DNA of 63,099 nt, filler included, from Reticulomyxa filosa (taxonomy: Eukaryota > Protista > Foraminifera): NCBI GenBank assembly GCA_000512085.1. It is 19 parts of 19 records of this genome, joined end to end, with 100 filler letters (N's around TTAATTAATTAA, not from the genome) between each part and the next. Parts side by side here need not be neighbours in the genome. Positions count along the whole stretch, not along the records: positions 1 to 6,968 come from ASPP01004492.1; positions 7,069 to 10,706 come from ASPP01029507.1; positions 10,807 to 11,814 come from ASPP01009559.1; positions 11,915 to 18,847 come from ASPP01021613.1; 15 more parts are not named here. One strand, written 5' to 3'. Made by a program: the position numbers and the translations under genes. Positions 1 through 11,950 of this stretch are shown here, piece after piece; the stretch's first letter is position 1, and the number at the start of each line of letters is the position of its first letter. Under the pieces are notes generated by a model. The model saw only the letters and a list, made by a program, of their open reading frames with translations, ran no database searches and was not told the origin of the DNA.

Positions 1-661
1 TTTGAAGAAAAAAAAAGAAATGCATAGTTCACTTGTGCAATCAAATCGAGTCTACATTTCATAGCTGTGCTGACGAACTAAAGTTTTCTTTTTTTTAAAG
101 CTGGCGAAAGTATAGATTTATTTGTGACAATTCTCCTTTGATGATTAACAATGAATTATTATCGTCAACAGAAAAATAGAAGGAACAAAAACCAAAATCA
201 ATCTCATATTTAAAAACTACAATATTCACATATCCGAAAAATTTTTTTGATTAAATGTTGTTTTTCAAGGAGAAAATCAATTATCTATATAATGTGCCTA
301 TAAAACAATTTTTTTGCATCTTACAATAGATTGCAGAAAAAGAACGCTAAAAAAAAAATAAGGCACTCAAAGAAATCTGTCTAACATCTAGTTAACATTA
401 TTATCAATCCAAGTTCAAAGGATCAAGTGGATATTCTCAAAGTTAATAATTTTATATTAACTCTGGGCACACATTTCAATGTTGGGTTTGCATTGTTAAA
501 AGTGTAATTTATGCAAAAGGTTTGTTTTAGTCTCTTTTGATTGAAACACAATTTACGAAGAAATGCAGTTTTAAAAGAATTAAATTAAAATTTAAGTAAA
601 ATTATATAAACATTCCAAAAACAAAAAAAACCAACAATGAAAACAAAAGAAAAAAACAATG

Positions 662-1318
662 TCAATTTTCTTCATCAGAAGAGATTTGATCCATGATGTT
701 GTCACTTTGCTTTTTCATGATTCTCCAAAAGTCGTCCAGTGAGACATGCCCTTTGTTGTCTCTGTCAGCAATTTCAATCATTTCTTGCATCTCCGTTTCG
801 GTGATATTTGTTATTCCGATTTCTTGGCAAACTTTTTTTAAGTTTTTAAGTGTTATATAACCGTTGTTATCTTCATCAAACAATTGAAACAACTTTTGGC
901 ATTGTTCTTTTGTGTCATAAGTAACCATCCGAGTACTCATTATTTCAATAAACTCATTTAAACTAATTTCGTCTGTGTTGCTGTTGCTATCTTTGTTTCC
1001 GTATTCCATTCGCAATGTTTTCAGTTCATTCTTGCTGCATTCATAACCTAATGCTTTCATTGCTGCCCGCAACTCTTTGATGTCTATGGTCCCACTGTTG
1101 TCTCCGTCAAATAACTCAAATGCTTCTTTTATTTCTTTTATTTGATCTGTTGTCAGAGGCTTGTGGGCTTTTTGCGGTGCCATCTGGTGCTGTGGTGTTG
1201 CCGTGTTTTTGTTCAATAAATTTTTGGAGCTCATTGCCATCACGTTTGTCAAGTCTGTTCCAATATGTCCTGTCCCAACTGCATTGGTTGCTGTTTTTGT
1301 ACTAAGAGCAGTCGACAT
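662..1318 (-). CDS. CETN: Centrin (EF-hand calcium-binding protein), divergent, N-terminally extended
   Basis: [37 protein letters not shown] is a centrin EF1 signature. EF3 is [13 protein letters not shown] and EF4 is [13 protein letters not shown]. Single ORF ending in TGA. Confidence 0.9.
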   Translation of the reverse strand: MSTALSTKTATNAVGTGHIGTDLTNVMAMSSKNLLNKNTATPQHQMAPQKAHKPLTTDQIKEIKEAFELFDGDNSGTIDIKELRAAMKALGYECSKNELKTLRMEYGNKDSNSNTDEISLNEFIEIMSTRMVTYDTKEQCQKLFQLFDEDNNGYITLKNLKKVCQEIGITNITETEMQEMIEIADRDNKGHVSLDDFWRIMKKQSDNIMDQISSDEEN

Positions 1319-1656
1319 TTTTTGTGAAGCAAGTCAAAGCGTCCAAGACAAAAAAAAACACAATTATTATGAGAAACTAACTTTAAAACAAACTAATTTG
1401 GATACTTGTAGATGTTAAATGTTATTGAAATCCTATTTAAAAGCAGAAAAACAAAATGAAAAAACTAATGATAAGCAGGCTTTTCTGTGAAAACAGTTAT
1501 GAAAGACTTTCCACTGCACCTTTTTTTTTAAAGCTTGGGACTTCGCATCCAAGGGAAAAAACCTTTCAGTGATATAAAATCAACAGTAGTCTGTTGTTCA
1601 TATAGGTATTTCTTGTTTGATAAGATCGTGACAAAAAAGTTGTCAAGACTTTGGAA

Positions 1657-3756
1657 ATGGCAGACATTGAGAATAGTGACAGTGGAGACATGGGATTTCG
1701 AGACGAGCCCGAATACTCTGGTGAACGACAACAAAAAAAAAAACTACAACCACCGCCAAAAAAACCAAAAATGTGACATCCATAGTTTGCAAAAAAAAGA
1801 ATCCTTCTTTGTCGCTCAAATAATACTTTTGTGGTTCATTACAAATTTTTTCAATCAATTTGTTCGATAGTAGGAGATTTTTTTTTTTTTGGCATATGAG
1901 CGAGTGAACATTGTGCCAAAGGGGGAGGGGAGAAAAAAAAAAAAGAAAAATTAAAAAATGTACAAAAGGGAAATTGCATGCAAACAAACCAAACAAAACA
2001 AAACAAAACAAAACAAAAAAAGATTACGAATTGGACAGTGTAAGCGAAAAGGACCGAGATCGATTATTTGATTCGAAGAATGACGCATCAGCGGTGAAAG
2101 CACCAGAACCAGTGGAGCTGTGGGATTCAAAAACGTTTACATCGAAGGCCAACGAATTGGAGAAAATGTTGAAGCAAGTGTCGAACCGTATTGACAAGGA
2201 GCACCAAAACACGATCATGCAAGGCGCATTGGAAAGGAAGACATCGCAGCAAGTGTTCGGAAAGAAGCTGTGGGAACAAAGATATTTCAGACTGTCCACC
2301 CATTACTTGAGTGCTTATCGAAATGAAAACGATACGGAGCCTGAACGTAAGTTTTTTCAACAATTGACAATATATAGAATTTATATATATAAGGAGGGTC
2401 AATATACATACTTGATAAGCTCAAACAAATGAATTTTAAAAAAATAAATACACATGTGTAGAGCGATGGAGATTGGCTAGTGTCTGTTGGATATATTTGT
2501 GCGTGGAAAAGGCCAGTGGCACTCGTTTCAATGTGTACTTTGACAATGACACATTGCAACTTCGCGGACAAAATTTGGCGCTGTGCCAACACTGGGTGAC
2601 CAAGTTTGGCGATGCCAAAAAACGACATCGCAATGCGCTGAGGGAAAATTTGCAACAATTGGGCTTGTTTGAAAAAGCAATGGACGCCTATCATGCGCAA
2701 TCGAAAATGAAACGAACGGTCGAAAAGACACAACAAGAAGAAGTCAAAAAAGCTGAAAAAACCAAAGACAACAAACCCAAAGACAAAGACAAAGACAAAG
2801 CCAAGAAAGATATCCCACATGAAAAACGCTTGCAACTTCGCACTTGGGGAACCAATTCCGATGATTTTGTTGCCGAAAATTCCTTATCCACGTCCATCAC
2901 CTTTGCTGATCATTTGCCATTGTTTTGTTGCTTTACTTACTATTCGTTTGTCTATGCTTTTTTTTTTTTTTTTTTAAATGTCTTGACTTTGTAATGTGCT
3001 CCCTTTCCCACCTTTTTTTTTCTTTTTTTTTGATCGCCTTTGGATGCACATAGACCTGAGGCCGGAGACAAAACAGATGACGTAAAATCTCCGGATAAGT
3101 CGAAAATTGTAATTCGACCCCACTTGACTCGAATGGTGTCATTTTCTGGGTTTTTGGTATTTGCTCGCCAAAGTGTCGAAAAAAATGCCGCCGTGGCTGG
3201 GAAGAAAAAAGAATACTTTTTCACATTGGAAGGGGATGTGTTGGAATACAAAAACACTCCGAATGACACTGTCAATATTGGAATGTTGTCTTTGGATCGT
3301 ATTCAATTAGTCTATCGCGATTCCACCAATAGCAACAATATTAACAATGCCAACGAATGGCATGTCTCTTTTGTCAATAACACCATCATGAAATGGTTAT
3401 TTGAGTCCCCTTTCAACTCTGATCAATCTTCTAAAAAATGGATTGGCGTCATGAAACGAGGCAGCAAGGAGGCACGCGCAGTCAAATGGACTGTCATCAA
3501 TGAATACAAGTGGACTGGTGGCATTCTCAAAACTCTCAACAGCAGCACTATTGATGCGGAATCCACCGAATTGAAACTCACCGAAAGTAAACATCAATGC
3601 GTCAAAAAGTTAATGAATTGCTTCATGCCTGAAGATTGGGACAAGAAAACTAGCTCCAAAAATGCCAATGAAGATAGTGTCAACGACGATGATGTCGACT
3701 TGAACATCAAAAACAATCAGCAGAAAAATAGTTGCTGTAGTTGCACTGTTTTATAA
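1657..3756 (+). CDS. Multi-exon double PH-domain protein with C-terminal CaaX/palmitoylation motif
   Basis: Exons 1657-1720, 2023-2346, 2462-~2890 and ~3055-3756; the first two GT-AG introns were phase-checked. PH1 is MQGALERK..KKLWEQRYFRL..CQHWV and PH2 is FSGFL..KKEYFFTLEGDVLEYK..KKWI. The protein ends CCSCTVL*. Confidence 0.8.
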
Positions 3757-4232
3757 AATAACCTTTTTTTTCCCTCCATTCCCCTCAATTTGCAGGTTCA
3801 TTAAAAAATTTGCATAAAACTTTGTGTGTTGCGTGCTGTAAAGAGAATTGCTGTAACAAGACTTTGCTTTTGTCTTGTTGTTTGTTTGTTCATTTTCCAT
3901 GTTGATAAATTGCTGGGTCACTTCAGCTCCCTTTTTTTTTTTTAGAACCTTGCAAACTTGTTTTAGGCCAATCGTGCCCACAAGGAGATTTTCAAAGAGA
4001 TAATTTACTTTTTAAAAATTTTTCTTAGTTATTAAGATAAAAAAAAAGACACAAAAATACGCAATATTTTTCCTCTCTCCAAATGAGCTATCGATTGATA
4101 TTAACACGAAATGAACACTAATTGAAGAGCGGAGTAATTGCACAAAATCTGATAATCAAACACATGAAAAAAAAGGAAAGAATAACAACTCAAAAAAACA
4201 CTTTTTACTAATATCCTAAAGTTTCCCTTGTC

Positions 4233-6881
4233 TCATACATCAGGAACAGAAAGATGCTTGTTAGTATTCGTGGAAACGACATTAGTTGTTGCTTCGTTTT
4301 CATTGGTTGTTAAATGGTTTACTGTACTGTGTTGATCTTTGGAAGAGACATATTCTGGTCCATTTTCTGCAGATTCAGGTGCACCATAGCTATCAACAGA
4401 TTCTTGTGTTGATGTCCTGGACCGAAGCTGCGACATGGACGAGCTGCCTTGTGGAGCGATTACATTGGCAATGGAAGAAGGCAAGGGACTAAGTTCATTG
4501 CCACTGCTTGCACTGGAAGTAATACTAACCACACTACCCATACTTACATTGCTGATATTATGTGCATGACCATGAACATTTTCATCTGACTCTGAATATT
4601 TGTTTCTGACATTCGTGAATAGGGTCGCGGCAGGATTTAATCGATTGTTATCTTTGGAACATTTGACAAACAAACAAATAGCAATTTGTCCATTATAAGT
4701 CGTGACAAAAAGAAATCACAAGTATTTGTACCTGCTCCCAAATCTCTCATAGAAGAAGGTGCAGAAAATTGTCCCGATTTGATGGCTTTTTGGGCAGCTT
4801 CGATATCGCTGTAGGAGTTCTCTTCACCAAAGTCGTCCAAGACAATCCCATCGGAAGTGGAGCGCATATGTTTCAACACAATATTGCCGTGATGGTTTCC
4901 AGGGACTTGTTTTTTAGGAGAGTGTATATTTTTGTTTTTTTTGCGTTTTTTTGGCTTGTGTTTCGAAGAGTTGTGGGGACCAGGGGCAATGTTTAAGTAA
5001 GGTTTCAGAAGCGGTGAGTGATCTTTTTTCTCGTCTGAGTTTTTGTGCCAAGTGTCACTCTGATCTTGCACAAGTTCTTTTGGAGACTCAATTGTCATTT
5101 GCTGCATTACCTTTTGATACATGGCTTGGAATTCATTGAAGAAATCGTGATAACGGAATACATTACCCTTACAAAAGAACAAACAAACAAAAAATTTGTG
5201 AGCAAATTGTTTTTTTTTTTTTTTGTAAACAATACAAGCCATATCATTATGTCCGTTAGTTGGATGTTCTCAACTGATTGCCGACGACACTGGACAATAT
5301 ATTCGCCAGTGGGACTGTGGAATATTTTGATGTTGATCAACACAATGGATGACTTTTTGGCGCATTTCTTGGTGACAAGCAGCTCATAACGATCTGTTTC
5401 CACGGAGGACGTGCACCCGTCCATTTGATCCACCGACTGTTCGATCGCCCAAAGGATTTTCGCAGGTGATGCCGCTGTGGCAAATTGTGTATACGTTTTC
5501 GTCGGTCTCTCTTCCTGCAATGATCGTGTAAACACATTGCTAAGCATTTGCGTGGAAACAATTCCAATCAAATCAAATGCCGTCATTCTTTATTTGATTA
5601 TCATTTATTATTATTATTATCATTGCTTACGTTTAAGCTTAAAAATTTCATTCGTTTTTACACTCTCATATATATAATATACATATATGTATATATATAT
5701 CTAAATATAAATATATGCATGTAACAGAATCGGTTTGGTTTGCATATGCGACGACGTTGATGTCGTGCCTTTACTGGGAGAGTCGGAGATTACGTCTTTG
5801 GAGTCTTCATGGACGGTACTTTGGGCACGCTTCACTTCGCTGATATGTACACGAAGTGAACTTCGTTTTGGCAGTGTGTGTTTATTTGCGGATGTGGTAG
5901 AGGTCGAGATTGGAGTGCCTCCAACGACATTGGACACATCGACTCGTGCTTTTTCTTTTTCTCTTTCTTTTTCTTTTTCTTTTTCATCCTCTTCCAAGAT
6001 TTGCAAAGGCGCAGGCTTTTTGGCACTCTGACTGTGTAGGGGTTTGACGGCCGAATTGTGCGTTGAGATTTGGCGCGAGTTATGAAAGCGTGACAATTGA
6101 CTGAGACTTAGCGTCACACTTTCGCTGTCACTCCCATCTTCTTCTTCTTCTTCAATGATTATATCTCCTCCTTCCTCATCAGCTTCCTGTTCCTCTTCTC
6201 GGTTTTCCTCTTCCTCTTCCTCTTCCTCTTCATTATTTTCATCATCGTTGTCGTCATCATTGTCGTCATGAGCCCCTTCTTCGTCTCTGCCGACGCCGCG
6301 GCCGTAACTATCGTCCAGTGAGTGTTGATTGAGAGAAAGGGGCGTTATTACCTCGTCGCCAAGGCCAGCGGCACTATGCATGTACACCTGCTCGTCTTCC
6401 GCCAATGGGTTGTCGTGCTCTTCTTGTGTGAGCTTCCTTTGGCTTTGGCTTCGCCGTCTGTCGTGAGTTTGTCGCACGTTCAATCAAAAAAAAAAAAAGG
6501 GGGGGGGGGATGTCGAAGTGCACAATTACAGATATGTACTTTGTCAAACGCAGCAGAGTAGATAGACAAACAAAAGCCACTACGAAACCCGAGAAACCAG
6601 CTGTGTCTTTGGATTGTCTCCAACGTCGCCCTTTTTTCTGGATCGATTTGGAATATCAAGTTCAGCAAATCTGCACCAAAACAAGAGTCAAGTTCGTCAC
6701 AGAAACAAAAATGAACACAAACATATATTTATACATTTATGTGTATATGCATACATGTATTATATGTATATGTATATGTACATACCAATGATATCACTTC
6801 CAAATGTGGAAGGGTAATGAAAATCGGCAGTGCAGATTTTTTGGAATAACAGTGTTGTGTTTGACTCATCAAAGGGCAAGT
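4233..6881 (-). CDS. SNF1/CIPK-like Ser/Thr kinase, 3' part (kinase C-lobe, acidic linker, NAF motif, KA1-like region); 5' end cut by contig edge
   Basis: Exon 6881-6786 reads LPFDESNTTLLFQKICTADFHYP. The next exon reads DLLNLIFQIDPEKRATLETIQRHSWF (subdomain XI). Around 5586-5240, MTAFDLIGIVSTQMLSNVF..TQFATAASPAKIL resembles the NAF/FISL motif. Confidence 0.8.
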
Positions 6882-6968
6882 CTATTTGAAAAAAAAAAAA
6901 AAAAGTTGTATATGTACATATATACATATACATATACAATATGCATATAATAATCGGAAAAAAAAAAA

Positions 6969-7068
6969 NNNNNNNNNNNNNNNNNNNNNNNNNNNNNNNN
7001 NNNNNNNNNNNNTTAATTAATTAANNNNNNNNNNNNNNNNNNNNNNNNNNNNNNNNNNNNNNNNNNNN
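6969..7068. other. Artificial contig spacer (first of 18)
   Basis: 100-bp N-TTAATTAATTAA-N blocks start at 6969, 10707, 11815, 18848, 22265, 24602, 26040, 27913, 29389, 30770, 34745, 37798, 40497, 51760, 53622, 54722, 56144 and 61886. Adjacency across them is not biological. Confidence 0.99.
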
Positions 7069-7111
7069 TGATACCGTTTTAGGCGTTCAGTTTTCTTTGC
7101 AACCTACTGTA
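7069..7111 (-). mobile_element. Tc1/mariner-like TIR end at contig start
   Basis: ...TTCAGTTTTCTTTGCAACCTACTG|TA; the reverse complement TA|CAGTAGGTTGCAAAG resembles the copies at 9690, 30879 and 40458. Confidence 0.6.
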
Positions 7112-7386
7112 CGTTGAAAGAATTAGTTGCCAAACACTTTAAAAAAATGATAACTTTAGTGATCTGAGCCAATTTGACAATATGTCTTGTATCTTTGAGA
7201 TGATCTGATAGTTCATTTCAGAAGTGGTAAAACAGAAAAGTATTACTAGGACAATTTATATATTCTCACAAACACAAGTGCCTGTTATCAGAAATTCATA
7301 TTTTTCATGATAAGATTAAAACCACAAGAAATACAAGACGACTGCTGTTGAAAAAGTATTTAATTGAATACGTTAAAGTATGTTGA

Positions 7387-7857
7387 TCAATTCAAAAAGT
7401 CTTTCTCCTCAGTTCTTTTTTTCTCTTTTGAATTGCAAAGCATCATTGTTTCCGCATCGTCATCACTTTGTTCGCTTATATACAGTGACTGCAGTACAGG
7501 CTTAAAAACAGGTTCAGTAGCTGCGTTTACGGGTTTCTCAGTGGCTTTTAAGATCTCAGTCTTTGATTTTTCGTGTTTGTTAGCAATCGTGTTGTCCGTA
7601 CTTTCTAACTTCAACAAGTCTCTTTTTGGGTTCCCTTGTGGTGAATTTTCTATTTTAAATCAAAATCGAGAAAAATAATTATTTAGTTCTTTGCTTTTTA
7701 GAAATTTAAATAATAAACAAAATGTGGAATAATGAACTGATTGTCGTTTCTTTGTTCTTTGGCGATACAAGTGGTTTACAGTCTGAGTCTTCGTCGAACG
7801 AGTCATCCTCACTTGCTTTGTGTTGAGAAATACTTTTTTTGTTACTGCTGGCCATAG
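7387..7857 (-). CDS. Hypothetical small charged protein (probably two exons)
   Basis: Two adjacent hydrophilic ORF pieces (MASSNKKS..DEDSDCKP and LKLESTDN..EKDFLN*). No recognisable domain and splice sites not resolved. Confidence 0.3.
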
Positions 7858-8067
7858 TTTCTTCTGGACAAAGGCCTTGCGTTGTACACACACGAGAGTG
7901 TTTTACCTTACTATTAGAATTATGTATCTGAGAAACGTCGTGTGGCTCTACTTCATTAATGTTCTTACTTGGCTATTTTTTTGTATCAGAGCAACGTACA
8001 ATTGCGCTCGGAATTTTCCAACTTAAATAAACAAACAACAGATGGGTGTGTCGTGTAAAATTAGAGT

Positions 8068-8989
8068 CTATAAAACTGATTTTTTTGCTTGGTTTTTCCA
8101 AGGAGAAGCATTGGGTGCCGTTAAAAAACGTTGAGGGGATTGGCCAGTTTTATTTATGTTAGACTCTTGAAGATGTTCTTTAATTTTTGACGAAGCCTCT
8201 GAAACTTTTTCGCCAAGTTGTGACACAGCTGTTTTCGTTTTGCTTACCAACTCTTTACAATTTGCAGAAACATTTTTTACAATTGGAATATTGTAATTTA
8301 TGATTTTCTTACACGAACTTAACTTGAAGCAACTTCACCACTTTTGACTGCGACTGATACTGCCCATTTTGTTATATCCAATGCATGGTCATCTTTGGAG
8401 CTTTCACAATTTCTTTGAGCATTGTTCAATCTATTAGGTGTACGGTTGGGACTGACAACTAGTGTCGGGTCAAAATTTAAATTTTGGTCCCCGTGCGTGG
8501 GAACTTTATCTTCAACAGATTCGACCTCTTCTTGAATAGCTTTTGTTGCCTCCTTTAACAATTGAAAGCGATATTTTTCCATGTCTGTGTTGTCGTATTT
8601 TTGTTCGATAGTCAAAGAACTGCCAAGATTTTGATATTTCCAAAATTTACGCAACCGTTTGTTGCCTCCGTATTTCATTTGTGCTACTTGAACGGGAGAC
8701 CAAGAATCCATTGTAACACTTCGCACAAAACTAATATGCGCTCCAAAACCTCGGTGAATACCAACACATGTAATGCATAAAAATACACCGTTTGTTACAC
8801 TAGCCCATTGAGGATTATGTGCATTGCAATCCATGCACGTGGAGTTACTTTTTCGTAACTATTGTAATTTATTTAACTTTTGAAAATTATATTGGAAAGT
8901 GTTTTTTTTTCTATAAAAAAATTTTCAATGTTAAATTATAAAAACAATACCAATAGTGTTTCGAGCTCTTTTTTTATGTTTGGATTCAT
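8068..8989 (-). CDS. ArfGAP domain protein
   Basis: Exon 8989-8951 (MNPNIKKELETLL) splices in frame to 8858: CMDC-x16-CITC zinc finger, WASV, IHRGFGAHISFVRSVTMDSW. A terminal exon ends at 8068. Confidence 0.9.
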
Positions 8990-9689
8990 GGATGAATGTT
9001 TGGGTTACTTTATAACAGATAAGATTAAAGAAAGCAAAACTCAAATTTTAAGAGAATTCATAATCTTTTTGAAAACTGTAAAAATAATTATACAGTGTTT
9101 CCCCGATCTTGGTGTAGATAGATGTGGCTGTGTTTTTTACAAAATGGGATTGCATAACTTTTGAAGATATTGAAAATAACAAACATCTTCGTCTTCTTTG
9201 AACGTGCTTAAACTCGTAAACCGTTTTAAAAAACTTTTAAATAGTTTTAATCATTAAGAGACCTCAATTAATATTATCTAAATCGACAACTGTTCAATAT
9301 TTCTAAGTAATCTTGGAAAAAACTAAAACTGAAAAATATTTCACAATAGAAAATTATTAAAACTTTTGGTAAGGCACTATCCGTTTGCTAGATTATGATT
9401 GTCGTTATTGTATAGTTTGAATGTATGTTTGTGTTTGGGTACTTCAATATTTTTTGATTTTACTATTATTTAAACTTGACGCGTTGTTATAACAAGAGAA
9501 TGGATTCTTACAAAATTTTTCATAATGCTACACTTTTTGTGAACATATTGTGGTAAAACTGGCAATAGAAAAATATGATGCTATTAAAAACTTCAAAGAT
9601 ACAATGCCAATTTCTTAAAAGTATCTACGAGTGAAGATTTTTCGAATTTTTTATTTCTTTTTAAATTTCAGGGACAATATTCATAAAAT

Positions 9690-9724
9690 GGCATTTATGT
9701 TCAGTATTTTTGCAACCTACTGTA
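9690..9724 (-). mobile_element. Tc1/mariner-like TIR copy (solo)
   Basis: GGCATTTATGTTCAGTATTTTTGCAACCTACTG|TA has the same terminal motif as 7069-7111. No partner TIR was found nearby. Confidence 0.55.
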
Positions 9725-9951
9725 ACCTTCTATCATCTTCGTCTTTTGACTAAAGAAAGGAAAATCAATCCACACGTGCTATATGCCGATTTGTGTCAAT
9801 CCACTTCCTTACGAAAATTGTATATACAAAAAGGATGAAAACAATTATATTAATCGTAAAAACTTCCAATTGATTGTTTCCTCCAACAAAAAAAAGCAAG
9901 CATAACCTCAAATGTCAAGCATTGAAAAAAGGATAACAACTGACCCTTTTA

Positions 9952-10620
9952 TTATGTACTCGACCCCTTTCGCAAATGTACACCAAGTACCTTTTGTTGT
10001 AACGAATCAAGTAGATTGGGTTGTGCATTGGGACCAACAAGACGGAATTTTTCTGGATAAAGTGGTTTGGATTTTATCAAAAACTGTCGAACGACATCAT
10101 CTTTGATTGGTTCGAAATTGGCAAAGTCAGGTGTCACTCCAATTATTCGAGCAATTTCATCCAAAATGATTTTGCTGGTGAAAGCGATTTCATTGAATCC
10201 ACGGAAAAAATCCATTTCCACAAGGACTTTGTCAATCCAATGAACTTGTTCTTCGTAGGTCATTTTATCCAACTTGTTCATGACATCGTTAACATTTGCC
10301 CAATAAAATGCAATCAAGCGAGATTGCAATTCACATTGAGAGGGGAAGGACTCTCCAATGCCTTGTATTCCCACAAATGCTAATGATTTCATATAACATT
10401 TTGGTAAAAATGTTAATAAAAATAACAAAAATCGTCTTTCTGATAAAGGTGCGTTCAAAATACGATACACAATTTCCCGTGGCAAATAAGGGATATCATT
10501 TACTGTCCCACCGCAACGTATTATGTACGACACATCTTTAAAGACTGTTCCATCGCTTATTTCAACATCTCGGCCATTGTCTCCAATGTGTGCGATTGAT
10601 CCTTTACGTATATATTTCAA
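9952..10620 (-). CDS. Flavin-containing monooxygenase (FMO)-like protein, last exon
   Basis: VEISDGTVFKDVSYIIRCGG (FATGY-equivalent region), SLAFVG..SQCELQSRLIA, DEIARIIGVTP and P..FRLVGP match FMO C-terminal patterns. 5' end truncated. Confidence 0.75.
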   Translation of the reverse strand: MKYIRKGSIAHIGDNGRDVEISDGTVFKDVSYIIRCGGTVNDIPYLPREIVYRILNAPLSERRFLLFLLTFLPKCYMKSLAFVGIQGIGESFPSQCELQSRLIAFYWANVNDVMNKLDKMTYEEQVHWIDKVLVEMDFFRGFNEIAFTSKIILDEIARIIGVTPDFANFEPIKDDVVRQFLIKSKPLYPEKFRLVGPNAQPNLLDSLQQKVLGVHLRKGSST

Positions 10621-10666
10621 ATAGCAAAGAACGCACGTATATATTTGCTAATGTATAAAGGTAACA

Positions 10667-10706
<40 letters not shown>

Positions 10707-11069
10707 NNNNNNNNNNNNNNNNNNNNNNNNNNNNNNNNNNNNNNNNNNNNTTAATTAATTAANNNNNNNNNNNNNNNNNNNNNNNNNNNNNNNNNNNNNN
10801 NNNNNNAAAAAAAAAAAAAATGTTGAAATTAGTACATTTTTTTTTTTTTTTAATTATCCATGTGCAACGAACTTTCTACAGAATTTGGTTTGGTTAAAAT
10901 AAGAGTTAAAATGAAAAGAGCCGTTTTTCAATAGGAAATTCCGTATCCATTTAAAATGTGAACGAGATCGATAGTTGCAACAACACAACCAGGCTATCTT
11001 ACTGTCCTGTCGCACTGCTCAGGGACGTACTTTCGAACTGAAAAACTGAATTAAAAAGCGACTATTAAC

Positions 11070-11783
11070 ATGGGTGGAAGCAGTTCCTCTGTTGAAGAAG
11101 AATATGGCCTGGATCCAAAAGATACGTGGCTCGATCGCAGTCGATATCCTCTGAAAGACATTGGTCAGACGTATCAATTATCAAATGGCCGTTTAATTGG
11201 TTACGAAACTTATGGGAAAACGGAGGGCTATGTAGGTGAAAAAGAGGAGGGGAAGGAAGAATAGTCCAACATACAGTGCCTTGCAAACAATAGCAATAAT
11301 AATAATAACAATAATAATAATAATAATAATAATGATAACAACAGAAATGCAGTATATTGTTTTTTACGGGTTCACCGGGCACCCGCTTGTTCAAATACGA
11401 CCGAATAACGGAGAAACTGAAGAGCAAAGACGTGCGATTGATAGTCGTGGATAGACCAGGGAAAGGGAAATCCTCTTATGACAAGGGATTTACAGTGGAG
11501 TCGCATTGTAAAGATGTGTTCGAGTTGGTGAGCGAGGGATTGAAGCTATCGTCATACCATATAATGGGGTACAGTGCCGGAGGCATGTACGCACTTTGCT
11601 ATGCACACCTGTTTGGCAGACAGCTCCGTGTCCGAAGTTGCGTGTTGGTGTCTGCCGTTGGTGCTTGCGACACGCCAAACGCGACAGCCGATATGCCCTT
11701 CCTCTTCAAGACGATGTGGTATTTGGTGGCAAATCATAAGAAAATGGCCAAATTGGGTATTTCTTTCGATCAGAGCAGATATC
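11070..11783 (+). CDS. Alpha/beta hydrolase, putatively N-myristoylated; 3' truncated
   Basis: Starts MGGSSS. Exon 11070-11231 splices in frame to 11345. Motifs are LSNGRLIGYETYG, FFTGSPG, DRPGKGKS and the nucleophile elbow GYSAGG. Confidence 0.85.
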
Positions 11784-11950
11784 GTAAGAGTTTAGTAAAG
11801 ATTTTTTTTTTTTTNNNNNNNNNNNNNNNNNNNNNNNNNNNNNNNNNNNNNNNNNNNNTTAATTAATTAANNNNNNNNNNNNNNNNNNNNNNNNNNNNNN
11901 NNNNNNNNNNNNNNACGACGACGACGACGACGACAAACAACAATAGCAAT

